A stretch of 64,000 nucleotides of DNA, taken from positions 28,025 through 92,024 of the forward strand of contig JAJXUG010000009.1 in the NCBI GenBank assembly GCA_021783095.1, in the 5' to 3' direction. Below are positions 8,465 through 18,551 of the stretch, one piece after another; the stretch's first letter is position 1, and each line of letters opens with the position of its first letter. Origin of the DNA: Chloroflexota bacterium (GTDB lineage Bacteria > Chloroflexota > Limnocylindria > Limnocylindrales > CSP1-4). The position numbers were made by a program, and so were the translations under genes. The notes below the pieces were generated by a model. It was not told the DNA's origin. It saw nothing but the letters and a program-made list of their open reading frames with translations, and made no database searches.

Positions 8465-11400
8465 CTAGGCCTCGCCCGTCGCCCCCGGGTGCGGCCCGCT
8501 CGTGGGCGTCTCACCGCCGCCGCCCTGACCAGCCTCGCGAGCCTCCTCGGCCAGCGCTTGGCGCCATGTCCACGCCGAGTACGCCACCGCGATCGAGGCG
8601 AGCACCAGGAACACCACCAGGATGAAGAACCGGATGTCGGAGAACGATGTCGCGCCCGTGCGGTTCGCCTGGTTCGACCAGAACTGGAACGGGTAGAGGT
8701 AAGTCGGCAGCACGCCCTGGTACCACGGCAGCAGGCTCGACGGCAGCGGCAGGCCCGAGATGTCCGGGTACAGCAGCACGAAGTTGACCGCGATCGCCGC
8801 CACGAGCCCGCCGACGAACCGGCGGGCGTCGCGCGCCGTCACGATCTGGGATGCGATCAGGCCCGTCAGGGCCAGGCCGAGGATCGCGATCGGCTCCGGC
8901 GAGATGCCGCTGATCGAGAACAGCGCGCCGTCCGCAGGCAGCAGCCGCGTCAGGAGCGCGAGCGCCACCACCACGATGCCGGTGGCGAGCAGGCTCTGCG
9001 CATCGCGCGCCTCGAGCGGCCTGCCGTCGGGGCGCGGGCGGCTCAGCTTGACGAGCTGCCAGACGAGGAGAGCGCCGCCGACCAGCAGGACGAGCACGAG
9101 CGCCCCGACTGACGGCGTCACGACCAGGTTGCCGGGGTTGCCGTTGCACGCCTGCGAGCCCTTGTCGACCAGGTCGACGCCCGCGATGCCGCAGAGCGGG
9201 AGGCGGAACACCCACAGGATCGCCGGGCCCATGACGCCCACCGCGGCGGCGACCCGGGCGAGGAGCCAGGTCCGCCTCGAGGCGCCGTTCCACACTTCGG
9301 CCGTGAAGTACGCCAGCGCGATGATCAGGAACGGCAGACTCGTGTAGTAGTGGTACTGGAACGCAGCCCGGTCGATCCTCGCCCAGGAGATCCACTGCGC
9401 GAGGAAGCCGATCAGGAGCAGGGCGAGCGGCAGGCTGCGACGCTTGAACGCCTGGTAGGCGGCGAACGCCATGGCAGGGATCGACATCCACCAGATGGCG
9501 AGGGTCCCCGCGTCGTAGATGGCGCCGCTGCGGTCGTTGGCGAAGCTGTCCTGGTAGAACCACACGGGCTTGAGGTTGAGCGGCCAGGCCCACCAGGGCG
9601 AGCTTGCCGGGTGGGTCGTCGCCAGGTCGTTGTGGTACTGGTACATCTGACCGGTGAGGTCGAGGAGCGTCTGCCCGGTGTGGCCCGGCGGCCAGCCATG
9701 GGGGAACCCGGGGAACCCGGCGGTCACGATCTGGTGGTTCTCCACGTTGGCCCACGGGATGTAGAGCAGCACGTAGACGACCAGCGGCACCACCAGCAGG
9801 CAGGCCGCCCACCACAGCACCGACAGCCCCAGCCCGTCACCCAGGCGCAGCCAGCCCTCGGGGGGCGGGTCCGAGACGAGCCGCGGGCGTTCCGGGTCGG
9901 GCAGCGCCATCGGGCCGATGCCCATCCGGCCGGCGACGTTGAACGCGAGGTACGCGAGGCCGCCAAGCACGATGAGCAGGAGGGCCAGGGGGAGCGGCGT
10001 CAGCTTGAGCGGGCCCAGGGCGATCGAGCTGCCCACCTTGCCCAGCGCGATCGCGGCCAGCGCCAGCAGGATGCCCGCGGCCGCCGGCCCGCCCACCGCG
10101 AACCGGATCTCGTCGTCCGACCACGCGATCGGCCGGTAGACGGAGATCGCCACCGCGGCCAGCGTCAGCACGATCATGATCAGCGGGAAGATCACGTTGC
10201 CGACAGACCCGCTGTCGCTCGGCACCTCGAGCGCCATCCAGCCCAGCAGCGCAGTTGCGGCCACCATGCCCAGGATCAGGACGATGCGGCCGAACGCGGA
10301 CCGGAGCAGGATCAGGATCCCGAGCGCGCCGATGGCGTACGCCGCCACCCATTTCGAACCGAGGGCGAGGCCCAGCAGCACCCCGATGACCGGCATGAGC
10401 GCCCAGAACCACTTCCGTGGGCGTGGTTCCACCCAGAGCCAGGCGAACAGCACGTAGGCGGCGAGCAGGAAGAAGCCGACGTAGACGTCGTTCATCGCGA
10501 TGCGGCTCTGGACGAACATCAGCCCGTCGAGCAGCACGAACAGCCCTGCGAGGCCGGCGACCAGGCGGCGCTTGAACAGGATCCGCGTCAGCAGGTAGAT
10601 CAGGCCGACGCTGAGCGCGCCGAGGATCACGCCCGGCATGCGCCACGAGAAGTCGTAGTGGCCGATGTCGAGCTGGGACACCTGGCCCGCGGCGGAGAAC
10701 GCGAGGATCTCGCCCTGGCTGCTCGTCGGGTAGAGCTCATTGTGGTCCATCACCAGGGCGCTGGGGGTGAACCCGAGCTTGTGGTCCGCGAAGACGGCGT
10801 TGCCGTGCGGCTCGACGACGTAGACCGTGGGCTCGCCTGTGCCCGGGGTCTGGCCCAGGACCTCGACCATCTGCGCTGACTCGTCGAACAGGACCCGCGT
10901 CACCCGCCCCGGCATCTGCAGCATGTTCTGGTCGGCGTTGAAGGAGGGTCCCGCTGCCGCATCCTTGCCGGACGTGAGGATCCAGGCGAGCTGCGGCGTG
11001 GTCCCGTCCTTGCTCTCGGTGCTGACGTACAGCTGGTTCCCCGTGCTGAGGCCGGTGACGCTGGCGATGCCGAAGGCTGGGCCGGGGAGCAGGACGCGGT
11101 CGGCGACCACGGCGTTGTCGGCCAGCATCTCGACGCCCCGCGCGTCCGCGACGGCCAGGAGGGGCGCCTGGGCGATCGCGATGCCGGGCAGCTTCTTCGC
11201 GTCGATCGCCGCCTGGAGCTTGGCCCGGGTGTCGCTGTCGAGCGTCGCGTCCAGGACGACGCTGGCGGCGTTCGTGGTCTCGAGGGCCTTCTGGTAGGCC
11301 GCAGCGCTGCCGCCGGTGATGCCCGCGAGGGTCTTGGCGGTCGTCGGGGCGTCCTGCACGCTCGCCAGCGTCGCCACCAGCGCGTCGCCCTCGCCCATGT

Positions 11401-13759
11401 CGGTCATGTCGGTCGCGCCGTTGAACTTGGTCGCGCCGATCACCTTTCCCGTCGTCGCCGACCCGGGCGTCGCGTCCACGATCGCCACGGACCCGTCTGC
11501 GAAGCGGGCGGCCAGCCGCGCGCCGTTGTCCCAGGCCACGACCTGGACGGGCCCAGAGGCGAGCGTCCCGAGATCGGTGAGGGGTGAGGGCTGGGCGCCG
11601 CTCACGCCCGCCCGGACCTGGTCGAGCGAGGTGGCGTCGACGGTGTCGAGCGCACCCGTGCTGGTCGCCACCGTGACGACGTGGTCGGTGTCGTCATACG
11701 TCACCGCCGATGCGCCCGGGATGTCCCAGGTCGCCTCGACCTTCCGGGTCTGCAGGTCGTAGGCGATGAGCTGGCTGCCGGTCACCGCCCAGACACGGTC
11801 GCCGTCGCGCGCGTCGGGCGAGGTGGCGTCCGGATACCGGGGCTCGATCACCGCGTCCTTCACGCTCACGCCGAGGTCGCTCGAGGCCGCCACGTCGTGG
11901 CCCGCGAAGGCCACGATGCCGCCGGCGATCATGTACTTCGCGAGGTGCGGGTGGGTCCACTCGTAGATGTTGTGCGAGATGCCGTAGCGCCAGTCCTGGA
12001 GGAACTCCGTCGCCGTCCGGGCGTGGTAGACCTCGTCGAAGTGCATCCGGGCGGGCTCGGCCAGGCGGTATGTGCGCAGGCACATGGCCGCGAGCACCAG
12101 GACGATGATCATCCACAGGTCGAGCCGGTCGAGCCGGCCGCCCTTCTCGCCCTTGAGGGTCGCCGAGCGGTCGGGGCGGATCGGCGTCTCGGCGACCTTG
12201 GCGCGCAGCCAGCGGATCGGGCTCATGACCGCGAGCGACGGGCGGTCGAACCAGGCCGGGACGAGCCCCCCGGGGGCAATCTGGGACAGCGAGGCTGCGG
12301 CTCCGGGCGCCGCGCCGGCCGCGGGCCTCTCCGGCCGGTAGGGAGCCTCGAATTCGTGCTCCTGGGCGGCCCGGGCGGCGGCGGCCGCGTCGTCCTCGAG
12401 CTCGGTCTCGAGATGCCGTGCAGCGCCGTCCCGCAGCTGGGCGAGCGACCACAGGAACACGCCCGTGATCGTGAGCGCCACGAGCGTGATCCCCGTGGAG
12501 CTGTGGACCGCCGGGCCGATCCCCAGCCAGTCGCTGATCGAGGGGTTGTCGGGGTAGATCGTGGTCAGGACCACGTACATGTTGAGGAAGACTGCGATCG
12601 AGGCCAGGGCGTAGGCGATCCGCCACCGCCACGAGAACGCCAGCAGGATCGCGGCGAGGGCGAACAGCGGGTACAGGTAGCGCTCGTGGACCCGGGTGGG
12701 GACCGCGAAGAACGCCAACGCCAGCACACAGACGCCCACCAGGATCGTGCGCCGGTCCGGCCGGCGCGCGACGAGCAGCGACACGCCCAGGATCACGGCG
12801 CCGAGGAGCACCGCGCCCAGGACGACCGCCGGCACGCCGAGGAACGAGACGTAGGGGCCGGTGGCCGGGGGGAATGGCGGCGAGTCGAGCGTCCAGCCGC
12901 CGGTCTGGGCCATGCTGCCGTTGCCCGCGCCCACCAGTGCCCAGAGGTTGTAGGCGTTCACCGTCAGGTACGGGTAGCCGGCGGCCGTCTTGAACAGCTG
13001 GTCGAGGAGGCCGGTGAGCGACAGCCCGAACGGCGCCGAGAGCGCGATGGCGGTGAGGAAGCCGGCGACGCCGGTCGAGATGATCCGCACGGGGCCGCGG
13101 ATGGTGCGCTCCAGCCCGATCCCGGTGGGCTCGGGCGCCGGCTCATCGCCCCAGCTCCCGGCTGGCCACAGCGCGCGGCGGATGGTCACCGCAGCCACCA
13201 GGAACGCGAGGATCCCCAGCTGCGGCTTGATCAGGGCGGCCGCCACCGCGAGGATCGCCGACCGCTCGGTCCGGCCCCGCCACAGCTCGCGGATCGAGAG
13301 CAGCATGAACACCACGCCGAACGAGTCGACCTGGCCCCAGACCACCGAGTCGAACCAGGAGATCGGGTTGAACACCGCCACGGCGGCGGCGATCAGCGCC
13401 GAGCGCCGGGAGACGCCCAGCTCCTGCGCCATGTCGTAGACCAGCCAGCCGATCGCGAGGTCGGCGAGGATGGCGGGGATCTTGATGAGGTCGCCGATCC
13501 CGCCCAGGAGGTTGCCGACGACCCCCACGAGCCACAGGGCGTAGAGGTAGCCCGGCGTGTAGTCGTGGAAGCCGGGCCGGGCGTAGAAGCCCCAGAGGCC
13601 GTTCGTCGCCAGGTCATTCGCCCAGCCGCGGAAGCTGGCGAGGTCGTTGGCGAACCCGGAGCCGGGCAGGAGATATGCCAATATCAGCCGGGCGACGAGC
13701 CCGATCACAAGGATCGCGGCGATCTCGCGGCCGATGCCTCGTCGGGGGGTATCGTCCAT
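8465..13759 (-). CDS. Giant two-module GT-C membrane glycosyltransferase (Gpi18/ALG-like module fused to PMT/GT39-like module)
   Basis: ORF 8465..13801, 1778 aa. The N-terminal module has DYTPGYLY and WGQVDSF motifs. The second module has HFDEVYHARTA and HPHLAKYMIAGG (PMT loop-1 DE motif). About 420 aa of soluble repeat-like insert and many TM helices. ATG at 13757-13759 (MDDTPRRG) preferred; GTG at 13801 is possible. Confidence 0.75.
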   Translation of the reverse strand: MDDTPRRGIGREIAAILVIGLVARLILAYLLPGSGFANDLASFRGWANDLATNGLWGFYARPGFHDYTPGYLYALWLVGVVGNLLGGIGDLIKIPAILADLAIGWLVYDMAQELGVSRRSALIAAAVAVFNPISWFDSVVWGQVDSFGVVFMLLSIRELWRGRTERSAILAVAAALIKPQLGILAFLVAAVTIRRALWPAGSWGDEPAPEPTGIGLERTIRGPVRIISTGVAGFLTAIALSAPFGLSLTGLLDQLFKTAAGYPYLTVNAYNLWALVGAGNGSMAQTGGWTLDSPPFPPATGPYVSFLGVPAVVLGAVLLGAVILGVSLLVARRPDRRTILVGVCVLALAFFAVPTRVHERYLYPLFALAAILLAFSWRWRIAYALASIAVFLNMYVVLTTIYPDNPSISDWLGIGPAVHSSTGITLVALTITGVFLWSLAQLRDGAARHLETELEDDAAAAARAAQEHEFEAPYRPERPAAGAAPGAAASLSQIAPGGLVPAWFDRPSLAVMSPIRWLRAKVAETPIRPDRSATLKGEKGGRLDRLDLWMIIVLVLAAMCLRTYRLAEPARMHFDEVYHARTATEFLQDWRYGISHNIYEWTHPHLAKYMIAGGIVAFAGHDVAASSDLGVSVKDAVIEPRYPDATSPDARDGDRVWAVTGSQLIAYDLQTRKVEATWDIPGASAVTYDDTDHVVTVATSTGALDTVDATSLDQVRAGVSGAQPSPLTDLGTLASGPVQVVAWDNGARLAARFADGSVAIVDATPGSATTGKVIGATKFNGATDMTDMGEGDALVATLASVQDAPTTAKTLAGITGGSAAAYQKALETTNAASVVLDATLDSDTRAKLQAAIDAKKLPGIAIAQAPLLAVADARGVEMLADNAVVADRVLLPGPAFGIASVTGLSTGNQLYVSTESKDGTTPQLAWILTSGKDAAAGPSFNADQNMLQMPGRVTRVLFDESAQMVEVLGQTPGTGEPTVYVVEPHGNAVFADHKLGFTPSALVMDHNELYPTSSQGEILAFSAAGQVSQLDIGHYDFSWRMPGVILGALSVGLIYLLTRILFKRRLVAGLAGLFVLLDGLMFVQSRIAMNDVYVGFFLLAAYVLFAWLWVEPRPRKWFWALMPVIGVLLGLALGSKWVAAYAIGALGILILLRSAFGRIVLILGMVAATALLGWMALEVPSDSGSVGNVIFPLIMIVLTLAAVAISVYRPIAWSDDEIRFAVGGPAAAGILLALAAIALGKVGSSIALGPLKLTPLPLALLLIVLGGLAYLAFNVAGRMGIGPMALPDPERPRLVSDPPPEGWLRLGDGLGLSVLWWAACLLVVPLVVYVLLYIPWANVENHQIVTAGFPGFPHGWPPGHTGQTLLDLTGQMYQYHNDLATTHPASSPWWAWPLNLKPVWFYQDSFANDRSGAIYDAGTLAIWWMSIPAMAFAAYQAFKRRSLPLALLLIGFLAQWISWARIDRAAFQYHYYTSLPFLIIALAYFTAEVWNGASRRTWLLARVAAAVGVMGPAILWVFRLPLCGIAGVDLVDKGSQACNGNPGNLVVTPSVGALVLVLLVGGALLVWQLVKLSRPRPDGRPLEARDAQSLLATGIVVVALALLTRLLPADGALFSISGISPEPIAILGLALTGLIASQIVTARDARRFVGGLVAAIAVNFVLLYPDISGLPLPSSLLPWYQGVLPTYLYPFQFWSNQANRTGATSFSDIRFFILVVFLVLASIAVAYSAWTWRQALAEEAREAGQGGGGETPTSGPHPGATGEA

Positions 13760-13820
13760 CGTGCGCCCCCGGCCGGGCACGCCCGAGCCGGAAGCGGTCA
13801 CGGGACCCTCCTAGCGAGCG

Positions 13821-15347
13821 TTGAAGGTGGATCGGAGTATAACCGAGGGCCCCCTGACGGCCCCCGTTGTCAGCGGTTCCCGCGAGCGCCTGGTGGCCAT
13901 CGGCGTCGGGCTGCTGCTGGCCGCGGCCGCCTTCGCCGTCTACTGGGTGTCGCACCCGGAACGCTACAACCAGTACATCCACTTCGTGTGGCAGGCCGAC
14001 GCCTTCCTCCACGGGCGGGCGTGGATCCCGTACCCGATCCAGGACGGGGTCAACCAGGTGACCGGCGTCGCCTACCCGGGCGTCCCCGACAACGCCTACT
14101 ACCAGGACGTCTACCCGCTCCGGGACGCAGCCGGGCAGGACATCGGTCGGGTGCTCCTCCCGTTCCCGCCGCTCCCCGCGGTGGTGCTGATGCCGTTCGT
14201 CGCGCTGTTCGGGCTGTTCACCGACGAGGAGACGATCGCGATCTGGCTCGGGGCCGCGGGCGTCCTGGCCACGTGGTGGATGCTGGGCGGCCTGCGCCTG
14301 CGCACCTCGACGCGGGCCGTCGTGACGATCATCTTCGCGACCGGCACCGCCTGGTGGTGGGCGTCGGCCAAGGGCACCACCTGGTACCTGGCCCACCTCG
14401 TGGCGCTCAGCCTGGCAATGCTCGCGGTGGGGGTGACGCTCCGCCACGACCGGCGGGCCGCGGACGAGACGATCGCCGAGGAGGACGCCCGCGTCGCCGG
14501 TCAACTCGACGGGGGCGCGCCCGGGAGCTCCTGGCTGCGCCGCCTGTGGGCGGGCACGTGGCCGCTCGACCGCTCGCAGATGCTGGCCGGGCTGCTCCTG
14601 GGCCTGAGCGCCACCGCCCGCCTGCCGCTGGTCCTCGCGGCGCCGTGGTTCGTCTTCGTGGGCGGCGGCGCCACGCGTCTCCGACGGACGGTGTCCACCG
14701 GCGTCGGCGCGTTCCTGCCGGTGGCCGCGCTCCTCGTCTACACCTTCGCGACCACCGGCTCGGTCATGAGCCCGGGCTACGACTACCAGTACCAGCTCGA
14801 GGCGAACGGCTACCCGACGCTGGGCTACCACCCGGACTGGTCGATCGAGGACGTCCGCTACATCCCGCAGAACCTGCTGATCATGTTCGGCTCGCTGCCC
14901 GTCGTCGCGCCCGACATCAAGCCCAACACGCTGGGCTTCGGCGATCCGGTCCCGCTGTGCGTCCCGCCCGACACGCACCGCTCGCTGCTCGACCCGGCCT
15001 GCCCGCTGGCGATGCCCGTGGACATTGGCACGAGCATCCTGCTCTCGGCGCCCGGGCTGCTGCTGGCGCTGCTCGCCTTCCGGCGCCCGCGCTCGGCGAG
15101 GCTCAGGGTGGGCGCCACGGCAGCCGTCGTGATCATCGGGCTGTTCAACCTCGCGCACTTCAGCCAGGGCTGGGTGCAGTGGGGCTACCGGTTCTCGCTC
15201 GACTTCATGCCGTTCCTGCTGCCGCTGGTCGCGCTCGGCGCGGCGCGCGCGGACGGGCGGCCGCGGCTGGCGGCCTACGGGCTGCTCGTCGCGGGGTTGG
15301 CCGTCAACCTGTGGGGCGTGGCGTGGGGGCAGACGCTTGGCTGGTAG
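13821..15347 (+). CDS. Polytopic GT-C-type glycosyltransferase-like membrane protein
   Basis: ORF 13821..15347 with TTG start. Multi-TM, with an LLPFPPLPAVVLMPF loop motif typical of ArnT/PMT-like GT-C enzymes. Divergent from the giant GT-C gene. Confidence 0.6.
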   Translation: MKVDRSITEGPLTAPVVSGSRERLVAIGVGLLLAAAAFAVYWVSHPERYNQYIHFVWQADAFLHGRAWIPYPIQDGVNQVTGVAYPGVPDNAYYQDVYPLRDAAGQDIGRVLLPFPPLPAVVLMPFVALFGLFTDEETIAIWLGAAGVLATWWMLGGLRLRTSTRAVVTIIFATGTAWWWASAKGTTWYLAHLVALSLAMLAVGVTLRHDRRAADETIAEEDARVAGQLDGGAPGSSWLRRLWAGTWPLDRSQMLAGLLLGLSATARLPLVLAAPWFVFVGGGATRLRRTVSTGVGAFLPVAALLVYTFATTGSVMSPGYDYQYQLEANGYPTLGYHPDWSIEDVRYIPQNLLIMFGSLPVVAPDIKPNTLGFGDPVPLCVPPDTHRSLLDPACPLAMPVDIGTSILLSAPGLLLALLAFRRPRSARLRVGATAAVVIIGLFNLAHFSQGWVQWGYRFSLDFMPFLLPLVALGAARADGRPRLAAYGLLVAGLAVNLWGVAWGQTLGW

Positions 15348-17049
15348 CGCCGGGGCAGGCGCAGCGCCCGACGAGCAGGGCGTCGCGGGCGTCGCGACCG
15401 GCGACGACGAGGCGTCGCCACCGTCGGGCGCGGAGAGCCCATCGGGCCCGTCCTCGCGATGGCGCCAACCCGACCGCGCGCCAGTCGCCGCCCTGCTCGT
15501 CGCCTTCGCCGCGCTGGGCGTGTACCAGACCACGCTGCTGCCCGGACTCGGCTACTGGGACACCGCCGAGGCGCAGACCGTCCTGCCGCTGCTGGGGACG
15601 ATGCACCCGACGGGCTTTCCGGCGTTCGTCGTCATCGGCTGGCTGTTCTCCATCGTCACCGCGCCGCTGGGCCAGCCGGCGTTCCTGATGAACCTGATGG
15701 CTGCCACCTGTGCCGCGGTTGCCGCCGGCGGAACGGTGCTGATCGCGCGCCGCCTCCACGTCCCGCTGCCGATCGCGGCGGCCGCAGGCATCGGCTTCGC
15801 GCTCACGCCCATCGTCTGGCACATCTCGAGCGCCGCGGACGCCCACGCGCTGCACATCGCGCTGGTCGTGGCGCTGACCCTCGCGCTCCTGCGCTGGAAG
15901 GCGCTCGTCGACGGCCGACGCGACCGCCCCGGCGATGCCGCGTACCGGCGGCGCGGCGACCGGGCCGTCGTGCTGGCGGCCGCGATCTACGGAGTGGCGG
16001 CCGCGAACCACGGCCTGGCGCTCATCCTCGCGCCGTCGATCGTGCTGTTCGTCCTGGCCGTCGAGCCGAGGGTGCTGTCCCGCCCGCGGCTCGTCCTCGC
16101 CGCGGTGGGGACGGCGCTGGGCGTGGCCGCGCTGCTGTACCTGGAGCTGCCGCTCCGCGCCGGGCTCCTCCGCGCCCCGCTGGTGTACGGCCACCCGGAG
16201 ACCTGGAGCGGGTTCTGGGCGATCGTCCTCGCCAAGCAGTTCCAGGGCGACCTCAACATGCTTGCTGACCTGCCCGGCAAGTTCTGGGCCCTGGCCAGAC
16301 TGGCGTCGGACCAGTACGGGCCGCTCCTCGCGCTGGTCCCGGTCGGGCTGCTCGTGACCGCGGTGAAGCAGCCCAAGTACGCCCTGTTCTCGGGCACGGC
16401 CGTGCTGGTCACGGTGGTCTTCGCGAACTCGTACGCGAACGCCGACATCACCCGCTACTACCTCGGGCCCGCCTTCTTCGTGTGGACGTGGCTCGCGATC
16501 CTCGCGGCCGCGGTGGTCGAGGCGATCCTGCGGCGCGCGGGCACGCACGAGGCCGACCTCGACGAGCTCGATGGCGAACCCTCGGTCGCCCTCCCCGGGC
16601 GGCGCCGGCTCGCCATCTCCCCGGCCGTCGCGCTCGCGTTCGCGGCCGCGCTGCTGGTGCCCACAGCGCTGGGGCTGAGCGCGCGCTGGACGACCGCCGA
16701 CCAGCCGGCGGACTCAGGGGCACAGGCGTGGCTGGACCAGGCCTTCGGCACGATGCGCCCCAACGCCGTGGTGATCTCGTGGTGGAGCTACTCGACGCCG
16801 ATGTGGTACGGCCGGGACGTGGAGCACCGCCGGCCCGACCTGCTGATCATCGACGACAGCAATCGCGTCTGGGACCAGCTGGGCTCGGTGCCCGACGTCA
16901 TCGACAGGTACCTGGGCACCCGGCCCGTCTACGTCATCCGCCAGTCAGATTTGGACATCCAGACTCTCGCGCAGCGATATGCGATCCAGCCCGTCCGTCG
17001 CCCCGGTAACCTCTTCCTCGTCACGGGCCGCTTGGGGACCACACCATGA
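15337..17049 (+). CDS. DUF2723-like (TMEM260-type) GT-C membrane glycosyltransferase
   Basis: ORF 15337..17049. TTG start overlaps the upstream stop region. GYWDTAEAQ and HPTGFPAF motifs and a polytopic N-terminal half resemble DUF2723. Confidence 0.6.
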   Translation: MAGSAGAGAAPDEQGVAGVATGDDEASPPSGAESPSGPSSRWRQPDRAPVAALLVAFAALGVYQTTLLPGLGYWDTAEAQTVLPLLGTMHPTGFPAFVVIGWLFSIVTAPLGQPAFLMNLMAATCAAVAAGGTVLIARRLHVPLPIAAAAGIGFALTPIVWHISSAADAHALHIALVVALTLALLRWKALVDGRRDRPGDAAYRRRGDRAVVLAAAIYGVAAANHGLALILAPSIVLFVLAVEPRVLSRPRLVLAAVGTALGVAALLYLELPLRAGLLRAPLVYGHPETWSGFWAIVLAKQFQGDLNMLADLPGKFWALARLASDQYGPLLALVPVGLLVTAVKQPKYALFSGTAVLVTVVFANSYANADITRYYLGPAFFVWTWLAILAAAVVEAILRRAGTHEADLDELDGEPSVALPGRRRLAISPAVALAFAAALLVPTALGLSARWTTADQPADSGAQAWLDQAFGTMRPNAVVISWWSYSTPMWYGRDVEHRRPDLLIIDDSNRVWDQLGSVPDVIDRYLGTRPVYVIRQSDLDIQTLAQRYAIQPVRRPGNLFLVTGRLGTTP

Positions 17050-17831
17050 TCACCGCAGCCGCACCCGGCGCCATCCCGGCCCGCGTGCCGCGCTTGTCGT
17101 ACTTCTTTCCGGCGCACAACGAGGAGGCCAACATCGAGGCCCTCGTGGCCGAGGCGCTGGACGCCCTCCCGACGCTGGCCGAGACCTTCGAGATCATCGC
17201 CGTCAATGACGGCTCGAAGGACCGGACCGGCGAGATCGCCGACCGGCTGGCGGCCGAGCACCCGGACATCGTGCGGGCGGTCCACCTGCGGCCCAACCGG
17301 GGCTACGGCGGTGCGCTCCGGGCGGGGTTCGAGGCGTCGCGGTACGAGCTGCTCGCGTTCACCGACGGCGACCGCCAGTTCAGGGTGGCGGACATCGGCC
17401 GGCTGACGGCGCGGATGGCCCAGGCCGACAATCCTGACGTCGTCGTGGGGTACCGGATCAAGCGTGCGGACCCGCTCGTGCGCGTCCTGTACGCCCGGAC
17501 CTACAAGCTCGCCAACCGGATCTTCTTCGGGTTGCGCGTGACCGACGTGGACTGCGCCTGCAAGCTGTTCCACCGGGCGGCGCTCGAGGGCGTGCGGGTC
17601 GAGTCCGGCGGCGCCTTCTTCTCGGCCGAGCTGCTCAACCGGATCCGGCAGGCCGGGCGGTCGATCGCCGAGGTGGGCGTGCCGCACTACGCACGGGTCG
17701 CGGGTTCGCCCACGGGCGCGAAGCCGGCTGTGGTCTGGCGCGCGGTGAGGGACTTCTGGCTCCTACGCTTGCGCTTGTGGGCCAACCGCGACAGGGCGAT
17801 GAAGCGCGGGCGGCCGATCCTGGGCGAGTAG
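17046..17831 (+). CDS. GT2 polyprenyl-phosphate sugar synthase (Ppm1/DPM1/GtrB-like)
   Basis: ORF 17046..17831. ATGA overlap with the upstream gene. GT-A motifs IIAVNDGSKD and FTDGD. Confidence 0.8.
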   Translation: MITAAAPGAIPARVPRLSYFFPAHNEEANIEALVAEALDALPTLAETFEIIAVNDGSKDRTGEIADRLAAEHPDIVRAVHLRPNRGYGGALRAGFEASRYELLAFTDGDRQFRVADIGRLTARMAQADNPDVVVGYRIKRADPLVRVLYARTYKLANRIFFGLRVTDVDCACKLFHRAALEGVRVESGGAFFSAELLNRIRQAGRSIAEVGVPHYARVAGSPTGAKPAVVWRAVRDFWLLRLRLWANRDRAMKRGRPILGE

Positions 17832-17923
17832 CCGGGAGGCCCGGCGAGCGCCGCGGTTCGGCGACCAGCGGAAAGAGGGGCGCGCGCCCGGCGTGTGGCT
17901 GGACCCGGTGGGCGCCGAACGCG

Positions 17924-18544
17924 CTAGGAGTCGCCCTTGCCGCCCGAGCCGCCGCCCTTCTCCTCCGGGTCGAGCGAGTTGATGAAGTCGCGGAAGATCG
18001 AGAGCGACGCGGCGTCCACCGCGCCCCCGACGCTCTCCCGCGGCACCGGCCGGCCCTGCTCCTGCGACGCGGCGCTCCGCAGTTCGCGGCCAGCGCTCTC
18101 CTCGTCGTCGTCGTCCGCCTCGAGGTCGATGAGCTTGGCCGCGCTGTCGAGCACGGCGGGCGACGCGAAGATCGGCACCTCGAGGCGCACCGCGAGCGCG
18201 ATCGCGTCGGACGGGCGGGCATCCACGTCGTGGCGGGCGCCCGAGGTGGCGATCTCCAGCCGGGCGTGGAACGTCTCGTCGGCGAGCGACACGATGACGA
18301 TGCGCTCGACGCGCCCGCCGAGCTCGGTGATCACCGACCCGAGGAGGTCGTGGGTGAGGGGCCGCTCCGGCGTCACCCCCTGGAGCCGCATCGCGATCGC
18401 GCTCGCCTCCCACGGCCCGATCCAGATCGGCAGGATCCGGCCGTGGCCAGCCTCTTTGAGCAGCAGCACGTGGCGGCCTGTCGACATCTGGACCCGCACG
18501 CTCTCGACGATCATCTCGAGCGCGTCGTCGCGCTTCTCGGCCAT
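17924..18544 (-). CDS. Bifunctional nuclease (BFN/DUF151) family protein
   Basis: Last 206 codons of ORF 17924..18832, starting MAEKRDDALEMIVESVRV (ATG 18542-18544). BFN-like core RILPIWIGPWEASAIA...THDLL. Confidence 0.75.
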   Translation of the reverse strand: MAEKRDDALEMIVESVRVQMSTGRHVLLLKEAGHGRILPIWIGPWEASAIAMRLQGVTPERPLTHDLLGSVITELGGRVERIVIVSLADETFHARLEIATSGARHDVDARPSDAIALAVRLEVPIFASPAVLDSAAKLIDLEADDDDEESAGRELRSAASQEQGRPVPRESVGGAVDAASLSIFRDFINSLDPEEKGGGSGGKGDS

Positions 18545-18551
18545 GGGCCGA

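Noticed and set aside
11681-15688. 1335-aa plus-strand ORF across the giant GT-C gene and the next gene
   Set aside because: It lies in an alternative frame or antisense to well-supported membrane glycosyltransferase genes. The product is low-complexity and Arg/Pro/Gly-rich.
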